Assembly (NCBI GenBank): GCA_913043225.1
Contig: CAJWLU010000008.1
Span: forward strand, 1-64,000
Direction of reading: 5' to 3'
Origin: an uncultured Acidobacteriota bacterium
GTDB taxonomy: Bacteria; Acidobacteriota; Vicinamibacteria; Vicinamibacterales; UBA8438
DNA length: 64,000 bases
Shown in pieces: positions 49,794-58,768 of this stretch. The position numbers and the translations under genes are program-made. Under the pieces are notes generated by a model that was not told the origin of the DNA, searched no databases, and saw nothing but the letters and a program-made list of their open reading frames with translations. Positions within the stretch are counted from its first letter, which is position 1. The number at the start of each line of letters is the position of its first letter.

Positions 49794-50711
49794 ATGCGCT
49801 GTCTTGGCTACGCGACGGTCGCAGCGGCTGTGCTGCTGCATGCGGGTGTGGTCAGTGCCCAGACGGTCGCGGCTTGGAGCCCTTCGGGATACCCGAACCT
49901 GCAGGGTCTCTGGACCAACTCGACCACCACTCCGCTCGAACGTCCTGATACCGTGGCCGGGCAGCAGACTTACTCCGAGGAGGAGGTGGCCGCCATCGAC
50001 GCGGCCAACGCGGGACGGGCCGATCGGGAGCCGGCCGCGGGTGACCCTGGTAGCTACAATGAATACTGGTGGGAGCGCGGGACGGCGCTGGCGCGTACGT
50101 CGCTCATCGTGGATCCTGACGACGGACGCTTACCGTTCCGCACGGCCAAGGGTGACCGCCGCGCGGCATGGGCGCGCGGTACCGACAGTTGGGCAGATCG
50201 GAACCTGTCGGAGCGTTGTCTTACTCGCGGCGCCCCGAAACGTCCCGGTGGCTACAACAACAACTACATGATCCTGCAGACCGACGACTACGTCGTGATC
50301 CACCAGGAGATGATCAACGAGGCTCGGATCATTCCGATCGATGGGCGCCCTCACGTCGACGACCGGATTCGGTTATGGATGGGTGACCCCCGCGGACGCT
50401 GGGAGGGAGATTCCCTGGTGGTCGAGACTCTGAACTTTCGAGACGAGATCTATCAGAATGGGTTTAACTGTTGCCCGGGTGCGGGAGGGGCGCTCGCCAC
50501 GACCGAACGGTTCACGCGGGTCGACGACGACACGATTGAGCACCGGTACACGGTCGACGACCCCGAGTCCTATACGCGTGCGTGGACGGCGTCGATTCCG
50601 ATGCGGCGGTTTGCCGGACCGCTGTTCGAGTATGCCTGCCATGAAGGTAACTACGGCATGGAGAACCTGCTCTGCGGGGCTCGGGTGCAGGAGCAGGAGA
50701 TTCGACGCTAA
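49794..50711 (+). CDS. 'ACHEGN' family secreted protein, paralog 2
   Basis: PNLQGLW..TPLERP..ERC..WEGDSLVV..FEYACHEGNY. Confidence 0.85.
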   Translation: MRCLGYATVAAAVLLHAGVVSAQTVAAWSPSGYPNLQGLWTNSTTTPLERPDTVAGQQTYSEEEVAAIDAANAGRADREPAAGDPGSYNEYWWERGTALARTSLIVDPDDGRLPFRTAKGDRRAAWARGTDSWADRNLSERCLTRGAPKRPGGYNNNYMILQTDDYVVIHQEMINEARIIPIDGRPHVDDRIRLWMGDPRGRWEGDSLVVETLNFRDEIYQNGFNCCPGAGGALATTERFTRVDDDTIEHRYTVDDPESYTRAWTASIPMRRFAGPLFEYACHEGNYGMENLLCGARVQEQEIRR

Positions 50712-50755
50712 TCGGTCGGGTTGCGACGTTTCGCAGTACCAACCAAGGAGGAGAG

Positions 50756-51742
50756 ATGCGTAAGCGTGCCATGCGGTCGGTCTTTGCGGTGGCGCTCGTC
50801 GCCCTCGTCACGCTTCCCGCGGCGGCTCAGACCGCGCCGACGACGGCCTGGGGCGACCCGGATCTTGGAGGTATCTGGGACTTTCGTACCATTACCCCGT
50901 TCCAGCGACCTGAGAGTCTCGGCAACCAGGAGTTCCTCACCGAAGAAGAGGCGGCAAACCTCGAGCAGGAAGTCGTCGACAGGAACCAGGAGCTGCTTGA
51001 GCGTCCAGCCGAGCGGACCGAGGCGGCCAATCAGGTGGACCGCCGCGGTGATGGCACCCCAGGCTTCTACAATAACTTCTGGCTCGATAGCGGTACCCAG
51101 ACCGTCGCTACTCGACGCACGTCGCTCATCGTCGATCCCCCTAATGGCCGGCTGCCCGAGATGACCCCGGCGGGACAAGCAAGGGCTATGGAGGCCCGCG
51201 CCTACCGGGAGGCTCATCCGGCTGACTCCTGGACCGATCGGACCGCGGCCGACCGCTGCCTACTCGGTTTCAACGCGGGTCCGCCGCTGACGCCGGGCGG
51301 CTACAACCAGAACCTACAGGTCTTCCAAACTCCTGACCATGTCGCGATGGTGACCGAGATGGTGCACACGGTCCGAATGGTGCCGCTCAACGAGCGACCG
51401 CTGTTGCCGGAGCACATGGCCCAGTGGTCGGGCGAGGCGCGCGGGCATTGGGAGGGCGACACGCTGGTCGTCGAAACCCGTAACTTTAACCTCGACCGTC
51501 GCTGGCGCAATACCACCGACAGCCTGGTGCTCACCGAGCGCTTCACCCGGATTGACGACGGGACGCTTGAGTACCGCTACACGGTGAACGATCCGGAGAC
51601 CTGGGTGAGCCCATGGACCGCGTCGATTCCGCTGCGACGCACCGATGTGCCGATGTACGAGTACGCCTGCCACGAAGGTAACCTCAGCATGGATGGGATC
51701 CTGGCGGGACACCGCGCCGAGGAGCGTGAGGCGGGACAGTAG
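50756..51742 (+). CDS. 'ACHEGN' family secreted protein, paralog 3
   Basis: WGDPDLGGIW..DRC..WEGDTLVV..YEYACHEGNL; strong SD. Confidence 0.85.
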   Translation: MRKRAMRSVFAVALVALVTLPAAAQTAPTTAWGDPDLGGIWDFRTITPFQRPESLGNQEFLTEEEAANLEQEVVDRNQELLERPAERTEAANQVDRRGDGTPGFYNNFWLDSGTQTVATRRTSLIVDPPNGRLPEMTPAGQARAMEARAYREAHPADSWTDRTAADRCLLGFNAGPPLTPGGYNQNLQVFQTPDHVAMVTEMVHTVRMVPLNERPLLPEHMAQWSGEARGHWEGDTLVVETRNFNLDRRWRNTTDSLVLTERFTRIDDGTLEYRYTVNDPETWVSPWTASIPLRRTDVPMYEYACHEGNLSMDGILAGHRAEEREAGQ

Positions 51743-51752
51743 GAGCACCGAC

Positions 51753-52892
51753 GTGAGTCCGAGGGTGAATCGCCGAACGGCGGTCAGGATGCTGGGTGCG
51801 GGGGCCGCGGGCACCGCGCTGACGACGATCGGTTGCGGCGGGGCTCCTGTGCCTCAGGAGTCGGCGTCGGTTGCAACCTTGTCAGAAGACCAGCCGCGGC
51901 CGGTAGAGTTTCCTGACGGCGCAGTCGTTCGCACCGTGCTGGAGGACATCGACCCTCGCGTGCTTGGCGCGGGCGCGACGCTCTTTCACGAGCACCTGTC
52001 ATTCGCCTTTAGGAGTCCACCGCCTGAGCCACGGGCACCGGACACGCCATTTCCGCCCGCGCCGACCAACGACGAGATGGTCGGTCTGATGGTCGAGGAG
52101 CTCGACATGGCAGCGTTCGACGGGGTGAGCTGCATCGTCGATTCCTCTGTCGGTCCACGCACGCCGCAGCAGCTCGAGAACCTCCGATTGATGGCCGAGC
52201 GGTCCTCGGTGAGGATCGTCACTGGCGGTAGCTATTTCCTCCAGCGTAGCTATCCGGCGGAGTTCGGTACGCTCCCGGCCGAGGAGATTGCGGCCCAGCT
52301 AGTTCACCAGGCAGCTAACGAGCGCTGGGGCGCTCTCGGCGAGGTCGGAACCTCGTTTCCCGAGATGCACGACGGCGAGCGCACCATGCTCCAGGCCGTC
52401 AGCCAGGCGCATCTGGAGACCAGGCTCCCTATCTTCACGCACGTGCCGCACGAAAGTTGCCCGACCTGCGCCATCGAGCAGCTCGACATCTACGAGGCGG
52501 CTGGCGTCGACCTGGCTCATCTGTGTATCGGCCACCAGTCGACCATCAAGGCAGACGATGATCCGGGGTGGCAGACCCATTTGGAGATCGCGCGCCGGGG
52601 GGCGTTCATCGGGTTCGACACGGTCGGCCACGAGATGAGCGCATCGTTCATCCCCGAGCGCGTGAAGGTCGACATGGTGCTCAACGCCATCGAGGCTGGC
52701 TTCGAGGACCAGATCTTGCTGTCGTCCGATTTCGCCAACACTACCCAGATCAAGGCCAACTGGGGCAACGGGTTCTCCACCGTGCTGATCCAGTTCGTCC
52801 CGAAGCTCCGCTACTACGGTGTCCCGGACGAGACGCTGCAGAAGATCCTCGTCGACAACCCTCGCCGCTGGCTGGCCTACACGCCCACCTAG
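51753..52892 (+). CDS. Phosphotriesterase-family amidohydrolase, Tat lipoprotein
   Basis: NRRTAV..TIGC signal; FHEHL, GEVG, FTH, IGH, LSSD, DNPRR. Confidence 0.88.
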   Translation: MSPRVNRRTAVRMLGAGAAGTALTTIGCGGAPVPQESASVATLSEDQPRPVEFPDGAVVRTVLEDIDPRVLGAGATLFHEHLSFAFRSPPPEPRAPDTPFPPAPTNDEMVGLMVEELDMAAFDGVSCIVDSSVGPRTPQQLENLRLMAERSSVRIVTGGSYFLQRSYPAEFGTLPAEEIAAQLVHQAANERWGALGEVGTSFPEMHDGERTMLQAVSQAHLETRLPIFTHVPHESCPTCAIEQLDIYEAAGVDLAHLCIGHQSTIKADDDPGWQTHLEIARRGAFIGFDTVGHEMSASFIPERVKVDMVLNAIEAGFEDQILLSSDFANTTQIKANWGNGFSTVLIQFVPKLRYYGVPDETLQKILVDNPRRWLAYTPT

Positions 52893-52908
52893 TCGACGTC
52901 CCCCCGGC

Positions 52909-54207
52909 ATGCTCACGCTGTTCGGGATCCTGACCGTCGTTACGCTGCTTGTCCTCGTGCTGGCACGGATCACGTCCGTGCTGGTCGCCCTGGTGCTGGT
53001 ACCACTGGCCACAGGGCTGCTGGCTGGATTGGGTAGCGACGTTGGGGTCTTCGCGCTCTCCGGTGTCGAATCGGTCGCCGGCACTGCGACCATGCTCGGG
53101 TTTGCGGTGCTGTACTTCGGACTGATGAACGACGCGGGGCTCTTCGCGCCGCTCATTCGCGCCGTGGTGCGGTTCGGAGGAGCCGACCCGGTGCGGATCG
53201 TGATGGGCACCGCCGTCGTGGGAATGCTGGCCCATCTGGACGGGTCTGGCGCGTCGACCTTTCTCATCGCGATTCCTGCGCTGCTGCCGATCTACGAGCG
53301 GCTCGGGCTCGACCGCTCGGTGCTCGCGGCCACGGTAGCCCTTTCGGCCGGCACCTTGAATGTAGTGCCCTGGGGCGGGCCGACATTGCGCGCCGCTACG
53401 GTTTTGCAGGTGGATGTGCTCGATCTGTTCCGACCGCTGCTACCTTCTTTGGTGGCCGGGCTGGTGACCGTCCTTGCGCTCGCCGCGTGGCTGGGTCGTT
53501 CGGAACGACGTCGCTTGGCCGCGGCGGGTACTCCCTCCGTCGAGACGAACCCGACGACGGTACCAGAGCCCGAATCCGCTCCGGTCCCGCGCTGGCTATT
53601 CGCCTTCAATGTCGTCCTGACTGTTCTGGCCCTAGTGGGCCTGGTCCAGGCGGTGCTGCCGTTGCCGATTATCTTCATGACCGCGTACGCGGTGGCGCTG
53701 GTCGTGAACTGCCCCGCACCGCAAGCACAGAGAGACCAGTTGGTGCGACACGCCGGTCCTGCCATGACCATGGTCGGACTGATCCTGGCCGCCGGGGTGT
53801 TCGCTGGCATCCTCCGCGAGTCGGGCATGATCACGGCCATGGGGCAGTCGCTGGTCGATGCACTGCCGGCCACGCTGACCGGGCATCTGGCCACACTGAC
53901 GGCGCTGGCTGCCATGCCGCTGAGCCTCGCGTTCGACCCCGATTCGTTCTATTTCGGCGTGCTTCCGGTCATCGCCAGTGCCGCTGACATCGCTGGAGGC
54001 AGCGGCGTCGAGGTGGCCCGTGCGGCGCTGCTGGGGCAGATGACTACCGGTTTCCCGGTCAGTCCCCTGACCCCGGCCACGTTCCTCCTGATCGGCATGA
54101 GCGGCGTGGACTTGGCCGACCACCAGCGGAAGACCATACCGCTGGCTTATCTCGTCACGCTCGTCATGAGCCTGGTCGCCCTTGCCACCGGTGCGTTTTC
54201 GTTCTGA
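52909..54207 (+). CDS. CitMHS-family carboxylate transporter
   Basis: HLDGSGASTF, NVVPWGGPTLRA, FYFGVLP, PVSPL. Confidence 0.9.
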   Translation: MLTLFGILTVVTLLVLVLARITSVLVALVLVPLATGLLAGLGSDVGVFALSGVESVAGTATMLGFAVLYFGLMNDAGLFAPLIRAVVRFGGADPVRIVMGTAVVGMLAHLDGSGASTFLIAIPALLPIYERLGLDRSVLAATVALSAGTLNVVPWGGPTLRAATVLQVDVLDLFRPLLPSLVAGLVTVLALAAWLGRSERRRLAAAGTPSVETNPTTVPEPESAPVPRWLFAFNVVLTVLALVGLVQAVLPLPIIFMTAYAVALVVNCPAPQAQRDQLVRHAGPAMTMVGLILAAGVFAGILRESGMITAMGQSLVDALPATLTGHLATLTALAAMPLSLAFDPDSFYFGVLPVIASAADIAGGSGVEVARAALLGQMTTGFPVSPLTPATFLLIGMSGVDLADHQRKTIPLAYLVTLVMSLVALATGAFSF

Positions 54208-54251
54208 CCAGACGGCTTGTCCAGATGTGGTCTCCGGCGGAGAATGGCGCG

Positions 54252-55592
54252 GTGCGAACTATCCGGATCGGGGGCGGAGCTGGGTACTCGGGTGATCGGA
54301 TTGAGCCGGCGGTCGAGCTTGTAGACCAGGGCCGCCTCGACTATCTCATTTTCGAGTGTCTGGCTGAGCGGACCATCGCGCTGGCACACCTAGCCCGGCT
54401 GCGGGATCCGGCGCGCGGCTACGACCCTCTGCTCGCCGAACGGATGCGCGCCGTCCTGCCAGGCTGTCACGCGCAGGGCGTGCGGATTGTTACCAACATG
54501 GGCGCGGCGAATCCTTTGGCCGCACGCGACCGGATCGTCGCGCTGGCCCGCGAGCAGGGACTCGATGGACTCCGAGTCGCCGCAGTCATCGGAGATGAGA
54601 TCACTGCGCTGGCGGTGGAGCAGGAACTCACGCTCCAGGAAACCGGGCGCTGTGTCTCCGAGCTTGGCGACCGGCTCGTGTCGGCGAACGCATACCTCGG
54701 AGCCGAGCCGATGGTCGCTGCGCTCGAGCGCGGGGCCGATGTCGTTGTGACGGGCCGGGTGGCCGACCCATCGCTGGCGCTCGCTACCCAGATGCATGCC
54801 TTCGGCTGGCGGCCCGACGACTGGCCGCGACTCGGGGCGGGTACGGTGGTCGGGCACCTCGTGGAGTGCGCCGGGCAGATCACGGGCGGCTACTATGCCG
54901 ACCCTGGCGTGAAGGACGTTCCTGGGCTGGGTCGACTCGGGTTCCCGATCGCCGAAGTGGACGAGCGCGGCTCGGCGGTGATTACCAAGGTGTCCGGTTC
55001 CGGCGGCATTGTCACCGAGCACACCTGCGCCGAACAGCTGCTCTACGAAGTACACCAGCCGGATCGCTATCTCACCCCAGACAGTAGCGCGGACTTCTCC
55101 AGAGTTACCCTGGCCGAGGTTGGACCCGACCGGGTGGCGGTGGCTGGTGGTACCGGCGGTCCGCGGCCCCAGGCGCTCAAGGTATCGGTTGGCTATCGCG
55201 ATGGGTACGTAGGGGAGGGGCAGATCTCCTATGCTGGGCCAGGCGCCGTGGGGCGGGCCCGTCTGGCCGCCGACATCGTGCGCGAGCGGCTCGAGTTGAT
55301 CGGCGTTCAGCCCCGGGAGCTTCGCTGCGATCTGCTCGGGGTGAACGCGTTGCACGGCACGGCGTCAGCACTGGCGCACGCCGATCCAAACGAGGTCAGG
55401 CTCCGCGTTGTCGCTCGCACCGATGCCCGTGACGAGGCGACCCGACTCGGCGGTGAGGTCGAGACCTTGTTAACCAACGGTCCCGCTGGTGGTGGTGGGT
55501 CGACCCGGAGCGTACGGGAGACGGTCGGTATCGAGTCGGCGTCGATCGACCGCCAGCTGGTGAGGCCGGCCGTCGAGCTGGCCAAGGTGTAG
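54252..55592 (+). CDS. AtuA-family (DUF1446) protein
   Basis: GAGYSGDR, FECLAERT, VTGRVADP, GHLVECAGQ.TGG, EQLLYE. Confidence 0.9.
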   Translation: MRTIRIGGGAGYSGDRIEPAVELVDQGRLDYLIFECLAERTIALAHLARLRDPARGYDPLLAERMRAVLPGCHAQGVRIVTNMGAANPLAARDRIVALAREQGLDGLRVAAVIGDEITALAVEQELTLQETGRCVSELGDRLVSANAYLGAEPMVAALERGADVVVTGRVADPSLALATQMHAFGWRPDDWPRLGAGTVVGHLVECAGQITGGYYADPGVKDVPGLGRLGFPIAEVDERGSAVITKVSGSGGIVTEHTCAEQLLYEVHQPDRYLTPDSSADFSRVTLAEVGPDRVAVAGGTGGPRPQALKVSVGYRDGYVGEGQISYAGPGAVGRARLAADIVRERLELIGVQPRELRCDLLGVNALHGTASALAHADPNEVRLRVVARTDARDEATRLGGEVETLLTNGPAGGGGSTRSVRETVGIESASIDRQLVRPAVELAKV

Positions 55593-55596
55593 TTCC

Positions 55597-55908
55597 ATGC
55601 TCTTGCACGCGCTGGCCCATACCCGCTCTGGTGACAAGGGAAACACTGCGAATCTTTCGGTGATCGCCTACGAGAAGTCGGACTACCCGCGTCTCGCGCG
55701 CTATCTGACCGCCGAACGAGTCAAGGCGCATTTGGCCCCGCATGTTCGGGGTGCGGTTGAACGCCACCTGATGCCTGAGGTTGGCGCCCTCAACTTCGTG
55801 CTCCACGATACGCTCCGTGGAGGCGTCACCCGTTCGCTGGCCATGGATCCCCATGGAAAGTCGCTCAGCTCAGCCCTGTTGACGCTCGACATTCCGGACG
55901 ATGCTTGA
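55597..55908 (+). CDS. Small AtuA C-terminal-like protein
   Basis: HTRSGDKGN..LNFVL..GGVTRSL..D.HGKSLS. Confidence 0.85.
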   Translation: MLLHALAHTRSGDKGNTANLSVIAYEKSDYPRLARYLTAERVKAHLAPHVRGAVERHLMPEVGALNFVLHDTLRGGVTRSLAMDPHGKSLSSALLTLDIPDDA

Positions 55909-55976
55909 GGCGCGGGTAGGGGACGAGTGCGGTACTATCTGACCTACGAATTGCTGACAGACCCCTGGAGACCTTG

Positions 55977-56990
55977 ATGTCTAGATCCTGCGCACGCGCC
56001 CTCTTGCTGCTGGTGGCCGTGGCCTTGGTGCCGGCTGCCGCTCTGGCTCAGACCGATCGGATCATGCCGATGCGGACCCCAGATGGACAACCGGATGTGT
56101 CCGGTACCTTTACCTTTCGCACCTTGACGCCGCTCGAACGCCCGTCAGATCTGTCGGATCAGGAGACACTGAACGTCGAAGATGCCGCGGCCTGGGAAGC
56201 GCGGGAGCGGACGCGCCGCAACCGGGATCTGTTCGACCCTGAGAGGGGCGCGCTGTTCTATCGGCCGCGGGCGGAAGGCGGCGTACTGTCCTACAACGAG
56301 TTTTGGTATGAACGCGGAGTGGAGATGACGGCCGACAAGCGGACGTCACTCATCGTTGACCCACCAAGCGGCCGCCGTCCGCCGAGAGTGGAGCGTTCGC
56401 CGGAGGAACAGGCCGCAGCCCAGGCGCGTGCCGCCTACCGACGGGAGCACATGTACGATTCCTACGAGAATCGGAGCACCGGCGATCGCTGTCTGATGGG
56501 CTTCAACGCGGGGCCACCGATGACCTCGGCCACTTATAACAACAACGCGATGATCTTTCAGGCCCCAGGCTATCTCGCCATCCTGAACGAGATGGTGCAC
56601 AACGTCCGGATGATCCCGATCACCGAGCCGGGCGAGGAGGAGACAGCGAAGCCGCCGTTCGACCAGCGGAGCGGTGTGTCTCGTGCCCACTGGGAGGGTG
56701 AGACCTTGGTGATCGAGACCACGCAGTTTGCGGGTGGAAGCAGCAGTTTGAGCTCGACCAACATGCATTTGGTGGAACGATTGACCCGGATCGATCCGGA
56801 CACGGTGGCCTACGAGTACACTGTGACCGACCCGACCGTTTACACCGCTCCCTACACCGTGATGATGCCGTTCCGGCGCACCGACGGACCGCTCTTCGAG
56901 TACGCCTGCCACGAGGGCAATATCGGTCTCTTCGGGATTCTCGCCGGTGCCCGGGTGCAGGAGGCGCAGGGGATCCCGCTACGGCCATAG
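55977..56990 (+). CDS. 'ACHEGN' family secreted protein, paralog 4
   Basis: RTPDGQPDVSG..TPLERP..DRC..WEGETLVI..FEYACHEGNI. Confidence 0.85.
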   Translation: MSRSCARALLLLVAVALVPAAALAQTDRIMPMRTPDGQPDVSGTFTFRTLTPLERPSDLSDQETLNVEDAAAWEARERTRRNRDLFDPERGALFYRPRAEGGVLSYNEFWYERGVEMTADKRTSLIVDPPSGRRPPRVERSPEEQAAAQARAAYRREHMYDSYENRSTGDRCLMGFNAGPPMTSATYNNNAMIFQAPGYLAILNEMVHNVRMIPITEPGEEETAKPPFDQRSGVSRAHWEGETLVIETTQFAGGSSSLSSTNMHLVERLTRIDPDTVAYEYTVTDPTVYTAPYTVMMPFRRTDGPLFEYACHEGNIGLFGILAGARVQEAQGIPLRP

Positions 56991-57040
56991 CCCGGTCGAG
57001 GTCCGACGAGCCGCCCGGTTGTGATCCGAGAGGAACGCTG

Positions 57041-58030
57041 ATGAGTCATCGAACCTACCTATTGTTGTTGGCCTTGTCCGCGCTGTTGTTCGTGGAGGCG
57101 ACCTCGGCATGGGCCCAGGCCCCGCCCCGCACCACGTGGGGGCAGCCGGACCTCCAGGGGATCTGGGACTTCCGGACCCTGACCCCGCTCCAGCGGCCGG
57201 ACGATTCCTCCGAGTTCCTCACCTCGGAGGAAGCGGCGAGTCTCGAGCGGGAAACGGTGGCTCGCAATCAGGAGCTGCTCGAGGCGCCGCCGCGGCGAAC
57301 CGAGGCAGGTGGCAACGTCGGTGGATACAACAACTTTTGGATGGACCGGGGCACGACGGCGATCGAGACCCGCCGCACCTCACTGGTGATCGATCCCCTT
57401 GACGGCCGGCTGCCGGATCTCACCGAGGTCGGGCGGGAACGGTCCGAGGCCTGGCAGACCTACCTGACGGAGCACGGCGCCGACTCCTACACCGACCGCA
57501 ACACGTCGGATCGCTGCATCGTCGGGTTCAACGCCGGACCACCGATCACCCCGCTGGCCTACAACCAGAACATGCAGCTGTTCCAGACGCCGACCCACGT
57601 CGTGATTTACACCGAGATGGTGCACACAGCCAGGATCGTGCCACTTGACAGTCGGCCGACGCTCGACGGAGGCGTGCGTCTGTGGTCTGGCGATTCCCGG
57701 GGGTACTGGGACGGTGACACGCTGGTGATCGAATCGACCAACTTCAACGCCAAGCGGAAGTGGATCCCGTTGGCGGGGGTGGGCGGGGGCGTGTACACCA
57801 CCGAGCACATGACCCTGGTCGAACGTCTACGGCGCCTCGATGACGACACCCTCGAGTACACCTTCACGGTTACCGACCCCGAGACCTGGAGTCGTCCATG
57901 GACCGCGTCGATGCCGATGCAGCGGACCGACCAGCCGCTCTATGAGTATGCGTGCCATGAGGGGAACTACAGCATGGAGGGGATCCTGGCTGGAGCCCGG
58001 GTCCTTGAACTCGCCGAGGGAGGCCAGTAG
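57041..58030 (+). CDS. 'ACHEGN' family secreted protein, paralog 5
   Basis: WGQPDLQGIW..DRC..WDGDTLVI..YEYACHEGNY. Confidence 0.85.
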   Translation: MSHRTYLLLLALSALLFVEATSAWAQAPPRTTWGQPDLQGIWDFRTLTPLQRPDDSSEFLTSEEAASLERETVARNQELLEAPPRRTEAGGNVGGYNNFWMDRGTTAIETRRTSLVIDPLDGRLPDLTEVGRERSEAWQTYLTEHGADSYTDRNTSDRCIVGFNAGPPITPLAYNQNMQLFQTPTHVVIYTEMVHTARIVPLDSRPTLDGGVRLWSGDSRGYWDGDTLVIESTNFNAKRKWIPLAGVGGGVYTTEHMTLVERLRRLDDDTLEYTFTVTDPETWSRPWTASMPMQRTDQPLYEYACHEGNYSMEGILAGARVLELAEGGQ

Positions 58031-58050
58031 GCGGCCGGCGGACCAGACCG

Positions 58051-58731
58051 TTGCGTCTTTCTATCATCGTTCCCGTGTACAACGAGCGGGACAGCATCGC
58101 TGACCTGCTCGCTCAGGTGATGGCTGCGGACGTCGAGAAGCAGCTGGTGGTGGTTGACGATGGGTCGACAGACGGGACCACGGAGTGGCTGGAGGAGTGG
58201 GCGGCTGACCAGCCGGCCTGGGTGCAGTGCCTGCGGCACGCCAGGAATCGGGGTAAGGGCGCTGCGGTGCGAACGGCCCTGGCCGCGGTGACGGAGGACT
58301 GGGTTGTCATCCAGGACGGCGACCTCGAGTACGACCCCCGGGACTATACCAAACTGCTCGAGGCAGCCAGGTCGACTCCAGCAAAGGTCGTCTACGGTTC
58401 GAGGTTTCTGGACGGAAATCCTGGGATGTTCTTCACCCAGCGGGCGGGCAACGTCATCCTGACTCGGCTGACCAACCTGCTCTACGGCTCGTCGCTCACC
58501 GACATGGAAACCTGCTACAAGCTGTTCGCTGCCGAGGTCGTGACCGGGTTATCGCTGACCTCAGACCGGTTCAATATCGAGCCGGAGTTGACGGCCAAGG
58601 TGCTCCGGGCAGGCCACCCGATCGTGGAGGTGCCGATCAGTTACGCTGGTCGCGCCTATGTGGAGGGGAAGAAGATCAACTGGAAAGACTTCGTATCCGC
58701 TGTTTGGACACTGTGCCGATGGCGGTGGTGA
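58051..58731 (+). CDS. GT2 glycosyltransferase (DPM1-like)
   Basis: IVPVYNE, VDDGSTDGT, QDGDLEYDP, DMETCYK. Confidence 0.92.
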   Translation: MRLSIIVPVYNERDSIADLLAQVMAADVEKQLVVVDDGSTDGTTEWLEEWAADQPAWVQCLRHARNRGKGAAVRTALAAVTEDWVVIQDGDLEYDPRDYTKLLEAARSTPAKVVYGSRFLDGNPGMFFTQRAGNVILTRLTNLLYGSSLTDMETCYKLFAAEVVTGLSLTSDRFNIEPELTAKVLRAGHPIVEVPISYAGRAYVEGKKINWKDFVSAVWTLCRWRW

Positions 58732-58768
58732 CGGTCCGGAGACCGTCACCCTCTACCTCGAGGCCGCG

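Noticed and set aside
54252..55908. Acyclic terpene utilisation pathway
   Set aside because: atuB-H homologs are absent; the family name alone is not evidence.
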